Positions 23,329-36,056 of a stretch of 50,421 bases of DNA are shown one piece after another. Below the pieces are notes generated by a model. It made no database searches, had not been told where the DNA came from, and saw only the letters and a list, made by a program, of their open reading frames with translations. The first letter of the stretch is position 1, and the number at the start of each line of letters is the position of its first letter. The translations under genes and the position numbers were made by a program. Source of the DNA: Octopus bimaculoides (Eukaryota); NCBI RefSeq assembly GCF_001194135.2, contig NC_068995.1, positions 36,177,311-36,227,731 on the forward strand, written 5' to 3'.

Positions 23329-26300
23329 TTGTGTATCTGTGTTTGTCCCCCCACCAACCAATGCTGGTGTGTTTACATCTCCGTAAATTAGCGGTTCGGC
23401 AAAAAGAGACCAATAGAATAAGTACTAAGCTTATAAAGAATAAGTCCTGGGGTCAATTTTCTCGACTAAAGGCGGTGCTCCAGCATGGCCGCAGTCAAAT
23501 GACTGAAACAAGTAAAAGGAAAAGAGTATTTGATATCCACTTTTCATGCTTACATGGCTCAGATGGAATTTGTTGAGGCAAATTTTCTATGCCAAATGCC
23601 CTTCCTGTCACTAACCATCACTTTTCCCTATGTAAGGTAATATTTCCCCATGCTCAGACATGTTTTTCAGGGAAGGCTGGGTATGAACAACTGCACTTTT
23701 GAAACTTAATTTAAGCTAGACAACACCACAAATTTGGATTGTGTCTTTCTGTAGTTTACATTGTACAAGTGAAATGAAAGCCAGTTGTAGGATTAGTGGA
23801 ATCATTTCATTATGTCTCTATAAAAGACACAAAAATTATGTTTTAGAAGTGGGGCCACATAAAAATCCATCCAGTCCACAGTATGAAGTGGTTGGCATTT
23901 GGAAGGGCATCCAGCTGTAAAAACCATGCCAAAACTGATCTCACCTGTGCTTGTGTCATGTAAAAAGCACTCAATCCACACTACAGGGTGGTTGGTGTTA
24001 GGAAGGGCATCCAGCCATAAAAACCATGCCAAAACAGATACAGTAGCCTGGAGTAGCCTTCTACCTGACCAGTTCCTGTCAAAACGTCCAACCCATGCCA
24101 GCATGGAAGACAGACATTAAATGATGATGGTGATGATGATGAAATGGAGAATATATATATGAACATTTTGGGGAATATTACCTACAAAGAGACTGACATC
24201 AAAACCAGGGAAAATTCAGTAGTGGCCTTTATGAGAAGTGAAATGGTTGTACTCATCACTATGATCTGGCCATTGGGAACCTTTCACAGAATCCACATCA
24301 TTGCAAACATTCAAGTCAAGTCTCCCTGTCTGAAGATAACCTGCTCTCTATTTCTACCAGTCTCAGAGACCCATAGAGACTCTACTCCTCCTCTGACAGA
24401 GCAATATAATAAACCTAGCTCATTCATATTGAACTGAAGTATATTCTATGTCTGTGATAGAATCAATATAAACCTTTTGTAAGCTGCTTCTATACACTTA
24501 CAGTTTCTAGCAGTATAACTCAACATTAATTATGTAAAAATAACACCTGAACCTGTCCCTTTATCATGCTTTAACCTCCCACACCTGCCATAAAGCCACC
24601 TCCCATCCTCTTAAAATATTTCCCCCATTCACTCAAGATAGCTTTTTTCCTTTTCTTGTTATTTTCCTGCCTTGCGACTTAGCAACTTCACTGGTGCTGA
24701 TGGCACGAAAAAAGCAGCCACTACAGGCTGTAAAGTGGTTGGCATTAGGAAGGGCATCTGGCCATAGAAACCATGTCAAGCCTGACATTGCAGCTCAATG
24801 CAGACCTGTAGCTCATCAGATCCTGTCAAACCATCGAACCCATGCCAGCATGGAAAACAAATTTAAATGATGATGAGGACGGACATTTGTTATTCAATAA
24901 AAAGTTTCAAAATTCATTCAAAAGAAAAAAAGAAAAGAAAAGAAAATCTAATAGAAATGTGAACAACCAACCTAACATTTTGTAAAGTCTGCAATCTTTT
25001 CTGATTTCTGTCGAGTTCTATTTTCCTCTTTTCAATTTTGTTATCCAAAGTTGATTCATCGGCAGCAATATTCTCCAACATAGCAACAGTTTTTTGAATA
25101 TCACTCTGTGAAACAGGAAAACAGGATTTCAGATTCAAAAGACTTGTTTAAGAAACAAATATCATAAACATTTCTCTTACAACCTAAACTAGTAAGGAAG
25201 AGTGCCACCGACTCAAATTGTCTTCAACTCTCATCTTTTCCAACATACCCCAGCATAATTCTTTTAGTCTTTTCTCTCATCTTTTCTGCTCAAGTTCCAC
25301 TTAAATACAATATCATACATTTAATACCAACATCATTCTCTTATCCATCCAACTGTCCCATTCCACTAGAATACTGTTTACCTTACCTGAACTATCTTCA
25401 TAGATGCATTTATTCCTTTTTCAACTTCATTTATTTCCAGTGGTCGTGCAATAACAGAGGATCGACTTTCCTTAAAAATAAATAGTAAGAGAAATCAAGA
25501 TGTAACTTCATCAAAGATTTTATGAACTGAATAAAGAGTTACAATGAATACTTTTCAGTACTGAGTTATGTTTAGTGTCAGGCTACACAAAGCCAATACC
25601 TAAATCATAACTGCTAAAATCTCTTTGGTGAGCTCAAGTGGCATCAATTCACTTTAGGCTTGTTTTTTCCCTTTGTTTTAGAATATTAGAAGAGAGAGAG
25701 GACAGCAAGGGAGCAAGCACTAAAAAGCAGAAGATATTTAGTCTAATGCTCTGTGTCTCTTCAAACCTTTATGCTTCAAAAATAATAACAATAATTATTA
25801 TTATTATTCTGTAGTCTTATTCTTATCACATGCTTTCACTGCACTACCGAGCACAGCTCTGTGTGCCTTGGATATGTGCTGAGGTTGTTGTGATGCTCTT
25901 ATTGTTATTGTATTGAAAGTGTTTTATGTAGGATGTGTGTGGTGCCCAGTAGTGCAATTTTCTGTGTGTTATATATTAAATTGATCCCAGTACACTCTGG
26001 TCCTTTTTATTTTATTGACCCTGAAGAGATGAGAGGTAAAGTTGACTGCAACAGGATCAGAACTCAAAGAACCAAAAGAAATACAGCAATGCATTTTGTC
26101 TGACAATTTAATAATTCTAGCAATCCACTACCTTGAAGAATTACCATATTTTAACATGTATAAGGAACCCTTTTTTGTCAAAAATTAGGTTAAAAAAATA
26201 TGGGAGGTTCTTATACATGGATAGTATAATTTCTTACAAAACCATTTTTACCAAATTTTAAGGCCAAAAAATTAGGGGGTTCCTTATACATGTTAAAATA

Positions 26301-27296
26301 CAGTAACTCCAGCATTCAACTGGTACTTTATTTTCTTGAATGCAGATCTGCAGCAAAATTGATCTTGACAGAATATGAACTCAATTCAAAACTAAAACAT
26401 ATTTTGTAAAACATTGTCTTTTATCTTTTACTTGCTTCAGTCATTGGATCGCAGCCATACTGAAGCACTGCCTTGAAGGGTTTAATTGAATAGATTGACC
26501 CCTGTACAACTCAAAGACAAAGATATATCCCTTTTCTCTGTTAGGAAGCAGAAGCACTTGCGCATGTACACACACAACAAAAACTTCCACCTCAATCACA
26601 AGGCTTCGGTCAGCCTGAGGCTATAACAGAAGACACTTGCCCAAGGCGCCACACAGCAGGACTGGACCCAAAACCATGTGGTTGAGAAGCAAGCTTCCTA
26701 ACCACACAGCCATGCCTTTGAATAACTTCATTGATTTACAGCTGTTTCTGATATAAGATGCTGTGGACTCGTAATTGAGTGCCTGAATAACACCTTATAG
26801 CTTCACCAAAGCCTCAAATATGAAGTGCAGAGGCTCTGATGTAGCTATAAAGTGTTATTCAAACACTCAACTATAAGTCCACTGCATCTTATAACAGAAA
26901 CAGCTGTAAACTAATGAAGTTCATAAGATATTCATTTATTCCTTAGTTATCTCATTTTCTTATTACAGCTCCATACTCGACTAATGCGCCATTCAGAAGC
27001 ATACGTATATCGAGTTCTACATCAGGTTATTAGTCTAGCAATGCCTAAGCAAATTATATATATATATATATATATACTCTTTTTTACTCTTTTACTTGTT
27101 TCAGTCATTTGACTGCGGCCATGCTGAAGCACCGCCTTTTAGTCGAGTAAATCGACCCCAGGACTTATTCTTTGTAAGCCTAGTACTTATTCCTACGGGT
27201 CCCTTTTTGCCGAACCGCTAAGTTACGGGGACGTAAACACACCAGCATCGGTTGTCAAGCGATGTTGGGGGGACAAACACAGACACACAAACATAT

Positions 27297-27350
<54 letters not shown>

Positions 27351-28518
27351 GACGGGCTTCTTTCAGTTTCCGTCTACCAAATCCACTCACAAGGCTTTGG
27401 TCGGCCCAAGGCTATAGTAGAAAACACTTGCCCAAGGTGCCACGCAGTGGGACTGAACCCAAAACCATATGGTTGGTAAGCAAGCTACTTACCACACAGA
27501 TATATATATATATACATATATACATATATACATACACACACACAATAGGCTTCCACACATTTCTGTCTACCAATTCCACTCACAAAGCATTTTTGATTAG
27601 CCCTGGGCCATTGTTAAAGACAACTGCCCAAGGTACCACGCAGTTGGACTGAACCCGAAACCATGTAGTTACCAAGTGAGTTTCTTCAATCCAACAATCA
27701 CATTCTATCATACGGGGGAAAAAGAAAAGAAAAGGACACATTAGATAATGTAGTTCTACAAACAACAACATCAACAATGAAATCCTGACATGCAAAAACT
27801 CACCTGTAAATCAGTTTCCTTTGCCAAGAGGTCATAGAGTGTAGCTCCTTTCAATGTTATCTCTGATGCTAATTTCCGAGCTTCTTTTAAATCAACAATC
27901 TGAAGAAAAGAAAATGTTAATTTACAGACAAAAATACCACAAAACATAAATACAGAAAATTCGTTTTCTAAAAAAATTCCTGAAATTAAAGAGGATTCAT
28001 TTTTAAAGACTTTTAAAAGTATTTTTCAAAATTAATTTGAATTTTAGTAAACAATTTTTATAAAGCTGAAGCAACTGGGAGCTTAGAGCACTTAAATACA
28101 GAATAGATGGATAGATTACAACATTAAAAAAAACTGATTTTAAAATATTTTAAAATACTTTAATAGAACAAAACAGAAACTTTTTTCTGTTTGTCGTCTC
28201 ACTTCAGTTTTGGTTTAGGTTTCAGTGAGCCAAAATTTAAGTAAAACAAATAAAATTCATCTGATAACCATTAATATAAGATAATATAAAGATATAATTA
28301 TGGATATATAAGGTTAAATATTTATTCATCCAATGTACCATAACAATGAATCTACAATGTTATTCTGCAATAGTTTTGTATGTAACTATGGAACAGAATC
28401 AAAGACATAATTTTTTATAGACACAACATTTATATTATTTGTAAGACAACTGAGTAATAAATTTTTTAAACTGTCACATATACACAAACAACAACACACC
28501 CACCCACACACACTACTG

Positions 28519-28550
<32 letters not shown>

Positions 28551-31500
28551 GCTAATATATACATATTTTTAGAATGCACAGTACAACAGAGACGTTACTG
28601 TACTTCATTCACTGGGGTTATGGGTTCATATCCAACCATATTCACTTTCCTCTGATATGTAACAATGAATTTGTTAAATCTGTACTACATCCTTATTTTC
28701 ATATCAGGTCTGTCAAAGCATAACCAACATTGTTCATAGTCTAACAGGTTTAATATAGACAGATTATGCTGAGTCTGTTACATAGTTCCGATTGTTTAAT
28801 GTGCTTGCAATACACATTCTTTCAACACATCTTTAATAACTTTAATGAGACAGTCACAATCAAAAGGTGAAGAGAAATGAACTCATATTTCACTTATCAA
28901 CAAGTGTGTGCAGCTTTTTTTATAGTGTGATCTAACCCATGATAGCATTGAAAAACATGTAAAATGAACAAACAAACAAAACAATCCACATGGTAAAAGT
29001 GACAAATGTATGACAAAGAATTTAGTTTTCAAAGTTGTTCTCGTCTAATACTGCACCTTTACAACCACCAATGCGGGTTTTACAGCATCTCGAGAATAAC
29101 ATGTTTCAGAAAGAAATATAGTTTCAAAAGAAACTATGCATTTCATACTTCTCTATAAATGTCCAACAAGCTTACAATTTTCAAAATATTGACACAGATA
29201 ATGCTCATAGAGTTAATTGCTCAAACTTCTGTGTCCATCATTAAATTGAACTGGCTTATTTCCGTTAGTGATGGACATGAAACGCAGTAAAGGCGACAAC
29301 TACAACCAAGAATTATCAAAACTTACTATAGACATCACAGCACTCTCCAGTTATAGTTATACTAAAGGGAATAGCTTTTGATACCAACCTGTCTGGGATT
29401 GCCCTTGGTTTAATGCTATAAGCTTCATGTTTCAAAGTGATTTTAGTTAAAACTTTACATCAAAATTCCATGTTAATTTATGCTCCAGACACTAACTTAA
29501 TAATAACAAAATATTTTACAAAATCCTTTATTATTTTCAAAATTAATAGATACAAATGCAATGTTTTCCAACAGAAATATGATAACAAAATTTATAACCA
29601 AAAATAACTGGTAAAAGATAAAACCATTCATGCTTCCAGTTTTACAATTAAAATTTAAAACAAATTTTAAAACATATTAAATAACACCTACTTTAGATGA
29701 TATATCAAAGGAGATTGGACCACTTTCATTGCTTTCAGTATCATCTAATGAATTAAATTCATTAGTCTTCATAACATTGTACAAAACTGATGTTATTTTC
29801 AGCAATTCTTTCACAGCATAGCCATCAGCTTGGTAAAGTTTTTTGCTGTTCAACTTCAAATGAGATTTTATGGCCTGTAATCATTTCAAGTAAATCATAG
29901 TAAATCATTCCAAATGGTAAAAAGCTACAAAAATCTTTCACACTCTCTCTCCCTTTCTCTCTCTCACACACACAGTTTCTCTCAACTTTTTCTCCTCCCT
30001 TTCTTCTAAATAAACATTGTGTAAAAGGGGTTATTTCCCCTTTTGATTCTTACCCTTCTCTCCTCCCTCTAATAGATGTGACAGACAGACAGGCAGAGAT
30101 CAGCTTCTCTTTTATAATATAAAATGGTACAAACTTTGACAGGCATTAGGTAGGTTTAACCAGCAGGACAAATGGATCTCCATTTGTTTCAACAATGAGT
30201 ATTCAGTTATTTGATCAACTGATTTACCTGTTCATTGAATTACTATCCAAGTGGCTGAGTATTCTACAGACATACGGTTAATTAAAAAAAAAGTACACCA
30301 AAGAGAAAGTAATACATTATTTTCATTAAATAAAGTTGATGAAACCCTACCATGAATTCTGTCACAGATCTAATGAAAAGGACACGATCTTGCTGAGTGT
30401 CAGTGTCAGAGTGGATGGAGGCAGTTGGCTCAAATCTGAAAAAGAAAATGGACAATATTTTTTTTAAATTGATGATGATAATAATGATGATGATGATGAT
30501 GATGTTTTTTAGCCCCAAATCAAACCTGATTGAGCAGACCTCTGATGAAATCATCATCATCATTTAACGTCCACCTTCCATGCTGGCATGGGGGGGATGG
30601 TTTGACAAGAGCTGGCCAGGAAGAAGCCTACATCAGACTTCTGTAACCGTTTTTGCAGGATTTTTACAGTTGGATGCCCTTCCTAACACTTTGTGAGGCA
30701 ATCTTCAAACTTGCCTATGTGGTTTGGAGCATCCGGTGGGCAATATGTATTGCATATGACTATATTATGTTGTCTTATGCATACAATTAGAATGTCACAT
30801 ACCGAATTTGAGTATGACAGTAAGACCTGGGTGTGAGGTCATCGCGGATGTACACAGCAACTCCACTATGGCTCCTTTCCCTTCTATCTGTTCGCAGGAT
30901 GGCATATTTTGGTACGTGTACTTCTGCATCCTCTATATCAGAGCTGAGGTGAGTTTCCACAAGTGCTATGCATAGGGCTTGATTGTATGCAGCAAGGTCT
31001 CCCAGGAAAGGAACTTTGCTTTTATTATGATGCAACAGGCCCCCAATATTTAGTAAAAATATTGGCGTGACGACTGTGCAGGCCATCCCGTGTCTGTTGA
31101 CTGTGGTGGTCTTGCGCAGTGGTGGGCAAGGTTCCTTGTTTGTGCTTGGTGTAGCCAGGTCAGCTGCTGCACAATCTTTTGCACCATGTACAAAAAAGAC
31201 TCTTGCTCAGCTGCTGCCTTGGAGACATTTGTTATCTTTCCTCAGGGAAGTTTTTCTCCTTAAGGCTCCTGTAGTTTTGGTAGGGTGTCAGGTAGGCAAA
31301 CCGGCAGTTTTTGCCATCTTCCCTATGCCAACATTTGCCTTGCAGGTAAAATCTGCAGGTTCTTGAGTGCCTTCTTGAGTGCCTTCCAAATTTCTTCTTT
31401 CCTATAAGGTTTTGGATGGCATTGAATCCTCCATGGGGTTTTCTGTTTTTTGTTTGGTGGGTTGGGGTTTCGGCTTTGATTGTTTTTTGCCTTTTCTTTT

Positions 31501-34500
31501 TTCTTCCTTTCCTTCTTTATATTTGTGTTTGTGTTCCATCTTTCCTTTTCTTGTGGTGGGAACTTTTTTCCTCTGGTTGTCCAATGGGGTGAGGGCTCCG
31601 TTCCTTTGTAGGACCATTGGCACAGAGGGGCTTCTAGTTGCTGCTTCCTTGGGCGATATGCCATGCTTGAGAAAATCTGTCAAGCCAAGTGAAATTATAG
31701 TCGTGGCCAATGTCAGTGTTGCATAACTGGCACCTGTACCGATGGCACATAAAAAGCACCCTTCGAAAGTTGAGCAATATGCTGTGCTTGAGAAGACCCA
31801 TCAAGCCAAATGAAATTGTGGTCATAACTGATGCCTGTGTCATATAACTGACACCCATGCTGGTGGTACGTAAAAAGCACCCTTTGAACATTGGGCCTCA
31901 TGAAGGCAGTGACAAATGATCAAGACCTTTGGTGATATACTGTGCTTGAGAAGACCTGTCAAGCCAAGTGAGATTGCAGTAGTGGCTGATGCTGGTGTTA
32001 CGTAACTGACACCTGCGCAGGTGGTACATAAAAAGCACCCATTACACTCTTGGAGTGGTTGATGTTAGGAAGGGCATCCAGCCATAGAAACCATGCCAAA
32101 TCAGACTGGAACCTGGTGCAGCTCCCCAGCTTACCAGTTTTCAGTCAAACTGTCCAACTCAGGCCAGGATGGAGAACAGACATTAAATAATGATGATGAT
32201 TACCTGATACTGTTCCATGTAACAGACATGGCCAAATCTAATACCATAAAAAAGAAAAACAATAAAAATCTGGAATATTTTAGGTGAATGTATGTTAACT
32301 TTCAAACAGCTATGGTGACTATTTCATCTACCTTTTTACTAGCCATAATAATATCTCAGCAACTAGGGCAAAATTTGGCTTCCGGAAGTTTTCCATGGAT
32401 ATAAGTCGTGGATAGCCTAAAGCTCTCATCATTTCAGTGAAATCTGAAAAATGGAATAAAATAGAATGTTTAAACATAAATACTTTATAACTTCATCAGT
32501 AGACATTTATGAAAGTATATACATAAATGTACACACATACAAACACAGAGTATAGAAATATTTTGCAAATTTTATTTATTCTGTTTGTTGATGCAAACCA
32601 ACCATAAATTGTTTCCTCATAATCTGGGGGTTTTGGGGGTTTTTTTTCTTATATAACATGCTAAACTTCAAGTAGTTTCACTAATTTCACTGTTCCCAGA
32701 GTTTGTAGTTGACATCATCCTCACTTCATTTTCAGTTTGGTACACAGAGAAGGGACACAACTCAACAGACCAAGAATCAATTTGTCATTTATTGAAAGAA
32801 CTGACCAACTGTATAGATATAAACACATTTTTCTTCTTTCTTTCTTTCCTTCTATTTTCCATTGACATTAAGGAAAAAAAAAACACATTTTTTCACTTTG
32901 AAAACATTTTCCTTTCAGACCCCACTGGTGAGCTGACTGAACTAAAGGAAGCATCTGTTCCAGCAACCAACTTAAAAATATTCTTTTTCTTTATCTCCTG
33001 TTCAAAACATTTCCTTCCAGATACACAGGCACATACACACACACACACGCATGCACACACACACACACACACACACTCTCTCTCACTTTTTCCCTCCACT
33101 ATCTCTCCATTCCTCTCCCTCTTTTCTTTTCTTTTCCCTCCTCTCTCTCTCCACCCCAACAAATCCCTTCACACAATTTAAATCTGAAGATTCTATTAGA
33201 GTAGATGAAAATATGTGATTTGTAAAAACATGACATGTTAATAAATATTTGTATATGTACAACCATCCAGATACCTTGTTTTTTCTAATATATATCATCA
33301 TCATCATCATCATCATCGTTTAACGTCCGCTTTCCATGCTAGCATGGGTTGGATGATTTGACTGAGGACTGGTGAAACCAGATGGTTACGCCAGGCTCCA
33401 ATCTGATTTGGCAGAGTTTCTACAGCTGGATGCCCTTCCTAACGCCAACCACTCAGAGAGTGTAGTGGGTGCTTTTACGTGTCACCCGCACAAAGGCCAG
33501 TCAGGCGGTACTGGCAAGGGCCACACTCAAAATGGTGTATTTTATGTGCCACCCGCACAAGAGCCAGTCCAGGAGCACTGGCAACGATCTCGCTCGAAAA
33601 TCCTTACACATGTCACGGGCACNNNNNNNNNNNNNNNNNNNNNNNNNNNNNNNNNNNNNNNNNNNNNNNNNNNNNNNNNNNNNNNNNNNNNNNNNNNNNN
33701 NNNNNNNNNNNNNNNNNNNNNNNNNNNNNNNNNNNNNNNNNNGTTTAGTGTCCAATGAAGGAAAGGTACGCATAAGTGGGCTGGCTACACCCCTGGCAGA
33801 GGCCTTGGATTTAGGTCTCACTTCGCTTGCCGGGTCTTCTCACGCACAGCATATTTCCAAAGGTCTCGGTCAGAAGTCATCGCCTCGGTGAGGCCCAATG
33901 TTCGAAGGTCTTGCCTCACCACCTCAGCCCAGGTCTTCCTGGGCCTACCTCTTCCACGGGTTCCCTCAACTGTTAGGGTTTGGCACTTTTTCATGCAGCT
34001 ATCCTCGTCCATTCTCGTCACATGTCCATACCAGCGCAATCATCTCTCTTGCACACAACTGATGCTTCTTATGTTCAGCTTTTCTCTCAAGATACTTACA
34101 CTTTGTCGGGTATGCACACTGACATTACTCATCCATTGGAGCATACTGGCTTCATTCCTTGCGAGCTTACGCATGTCTTCAGCCATCACAGCCCATGTTT
34201 CACTGCCATGTAGCATGACTGTTCATACACATGCGTCATACAGTCTGCCTTTTACTCTGAGTAAGAGTCCCTCTGTCGCCAGCAGAGGTAAGAGCTCTCT
34301 GAACCTTGCCCAGGCTATTCTTATTCTAGCAGCTACACTTTCAGCGCACCCACCGCCACTACTAACTTGGTCACCCAGATAGCGGAAGCTATCAACTACC
34401 TCTAGTTTTTCTCCTTGGAATGAGACAGAAGTTGTTTCTTGTTTGTTTACAGTGTTTATTGCACCTGAACATCTGCCATATACAAAAACTAAATTCCTAG

Positions 34501-36014
34501 TTAACCTGCCTTTGATATTGCTGTCCAGGATGGCACACATTCTAGTTATGCCAATGTAGACAGCAATTCAAAATGAGGAAAGGAATTGTGATCGCAAGAG
34601 AAAGGATATGGCTTGAGACATTTAGAATCTCTACCCAACAATAATTACTGTTTTCTCAACTCAGCCTCGATGAGCAAAAGCATTTCATCCAGGGTTTTTT
34701 TTTTACCCCTATGTACAGCTATCAAAAAATTGCCTTTTATTTTAAATATAAGACTTATCTTTCTTTTCTAGAATAGTAGGGTGTGATTTGGTAGAGATTT
34801 GCTACTATTTCTAGCAGATCGAACAAACATATAAAAGCTCCCTTCTTGGTGGCAACATTATTAACTTAACTGGTCTCACGTTCTGATCGAATCCACCTGT
34901 TAGTCTCTGTTATAAAGACCATTAGAACGTACAGGCTTACAAAAAGAAAATGAATATTAGATAAAAAGCAACAGATTCGAACTGCTACACTACACCCACA
35001 AGATAAACCATGTCGTGAGATTGTCCCTAGTCGTTCGACAAACTACTCATATCTACTTCGCGATGATGGGCCTTACCGCAGTGTCAAGTGATGCCCATGA
35101 GAGTGACTTGGCTGTTGCAATGCCTTAGCATCCCCATCTCCCGTGGTAATACTGCGAGCGTATTGGGTTACTCCAGAAGGTTGCGTTGAACGTTGTGGTG
35201 TGCAACCATTTGAGGCACTGGATGTTTAATTGATTTTTTTTCTTTCTTTCTTCCTGCTTTTTCTCATTTTTTTTCTACNNNNNNNNNNNNNNNNNNNNNN
35301 NNNNNNNNNNNNNNNNNNNNNNNNNNNNNNNNNNNNNNNNNNNNNNNNNNNNNNNNNNNNNNNNNNNNNNNNNNNNNNNNNNNNNNNNNNNNNNNNNNNN
35401 NNNNNNNNNNNNNNNNNNNNNNNNNNNNNNNNNNNNNNNNNNNNNNNNNNNNNNTTTTCTTCGGTTTGGGATTTGTATGTTAATGTTTTGTATTATATAT
35501 GTATCATATACATACGTGTTTATATAAGTAATAAAAAGGCGATAAAAATAAGACTTAAATAATTCAAGAGATAACAAGACATTGAAATTAAATTAACACT
35601 GTATAAGTCATTCGCATACAACAACAAAGGTTAACCTCCAGTTTCTGCCCTTTTTTTTTTCATATTTGTTTACTACATGTTGTTTTACACGTATTACACT
35701 ATTTTTTTTTTTTCATTTTTTTTTCCCCGGGTCAGAAACTGGAAGTTATCCACAACAAATATAAATCATGTCTTTGAGATTTACAAACAAAATAGTTTTG
35801 TTTCTTGATTTATCGAAACTACATAAGAGATAGTAATTTTAGCTCCGAATTTTGCCTAGCAACAAAATAATTACACACGTTTTGTACAACAAACAACAAA
35901 CTAACTACATTTTCGTGAACTTATACTGAAAAAAAAGTATGTTCAATGACAAAATAGAAATTAAATATTACTCATATATGAAAATAACTTACTTCGAAGG
36001 TCACGGTAAGACAT
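18210..36014 (-). CDS. CLUAP1: Clusterin-associated protein 1 / IFT38 (IFT-B subunit), 12 coding exons, 428 aa
   Basis: complement join of 35993..36014, 32332..32443, 30351..30435, 29692..29874, 27804..27899, 25387..25470, 24972..25105, 22576..22717, 22155..22266, 20836..20919, 20583..20653 and 18210..18371. All introns are GT-AG and the total is 1287 nt in frame. Translation: [32 protein letters not shown]...[22 protein letters not shown]...[33 protein letters not shown]..., with an acidic tail ending DSDNDF*. Confidence 0.97.
18422..18640. mobile_element. Mariner-type MITE
   Basis: TIRs GAGGGGATGCTGAAAAGTTTCTGG and CCAGGAACTTTTCAATAGTCCCTC; same family as 39590-39930. Confidence 0.7.
20069..20373 (+). 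mobile_element. Solo LTR
   Basis: Starts TGTAG and ends CTATA (one change from CTACA). TATTTAA is followed by AATAAA near the 3' end, and CpG content is higher than in the flanks. The flanks ACTT and ATTT are an imperfect 4-bp TSD. Confidence 0.55.
21177..21960 (-). mobile_element. Tc1-like transposase 3' half, degenerate
   Basis: ORF 21534-21809 reads [12 protein letters not shown]...[10 protein letters not shown] (Tc1 DD34E domain). Terminal repeat TACAGAAGTTGGATAAAATAATGGAAACACC. Confidence 0.9.
22782..22854 (+). tRNA. tRNA-Glu(TTC)-like gene, probably a pseudogene
   Basis: TC[A]TCATG-TGGTCTAGTGGCTAGGATT-CCTGA CTTTCAC CCAGG-CGGC-CCGGG TTCAATT CCCAG-CATGAGA-A, followed by a T6 terminator. 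It has a 1-nt insertion in the acceptor stem and single mismatches in the anticodon and T stems. Confidence 0.7.
22866..23525 (+). mobile_element. CORE-type SINE spanning an N-gap
   Basis: The head and core lie before the gap; the microsatellite and tail lie after it. Confidence 0.85.
23870..24140 (+). mobile_element. RTE-derived 3' tail fragments
   Basis: GGCATTAGGAAGGGCATCCAGC...CCAACCCATGCCAGCATGG and (GAT)n. Further copies lie near 7700-7900, 14130-14240, 16165-16300, 19060-19250, 24700-24875, 30555-30690, 37905-38095 and 48000-48200. Confidence 0.75.
26142..26305. mobile_element. Tc1/pogo-type MITE
   Basis: TIRs TACCATATTTTAACATGTATAAGGAACCC and GGGTTCCTTATACATGTTAAAATACAGTA, with TA ends. 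Confidence 0.75.
26724..26921. repeat. Imperfect long inverted repeat (foldback, ~92-bp arms)
   Basis: AACTTCATTGATTTACAGCTGTTTCTG...AAAGCCTC and GAGGCTCTG...CAGAAACAGCTGTAAACTAATGAAGTT, with a ~13-nt loop. Confidence 0.85.
27075..27498 (-). mobile_element. CORE-type SINE, young full-length copy
   Basis: Near-identical to the 16520 copy; a second head fragment follows at about 27545-27680. Confidence 0.9.
28515..28552. repeat. (CTA)n microsatellite
   Basis: About 12 CTA/CTG units. Confidence 0.9.
30690..31640 (-). mobile_element. CR1/L2-type LINE 5' fragment (ORF1 remnant plus APE endonuclease start)
   Basis: ORF 30787-31086 reads LLNIGGL...[46 protein letters not shown] degenerate, Lys-rich ORF1-like sequence lies upstream. 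Confidence 0.8.
31650..32200 (+). repeat. Three tandem copies of the RTE ORF-end/3'UTR junction plus tail
   Basis: TGCTTGAGAAGACC..TCAAGCCAAGTGA...AAAAAGCACCC occurs three times, followed by the normal tail ending in (GAT)n. Confidence 0.7.
33296..34550 (-). mobile_element. RTE LINE, 5'-truncated, relatively young
   Basis: ORF pieces [14 protein letters not shown]...[17 protein letters not shown] and [26 protein letters not shown], then a 3'UTR and a (GAT)n tail. Confidence 0.92.
35851..35863. promoter_or_regulatory. RFX X-box candidate in CLUAP1 intron 1
   Basis: TTTGCCTAGCAAC is one mismatch from the X-box GTTGCCTAGCAAC and lies 130 nt into intron 1 of a ciliary gene. Confidence 0.55.
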
Positions 36015-36056
36015 TTTAAAGGAATTTTGGTAATACAATAAATAGAATAGTTTAAA

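Noticed and set aside
31640-32040. CRISPR-like repeat-spacer appearance
   Set aside because: The units are long, diverged RTE-derived repeats in eukaryotic DNA, with no unique spacers and no cas genes.
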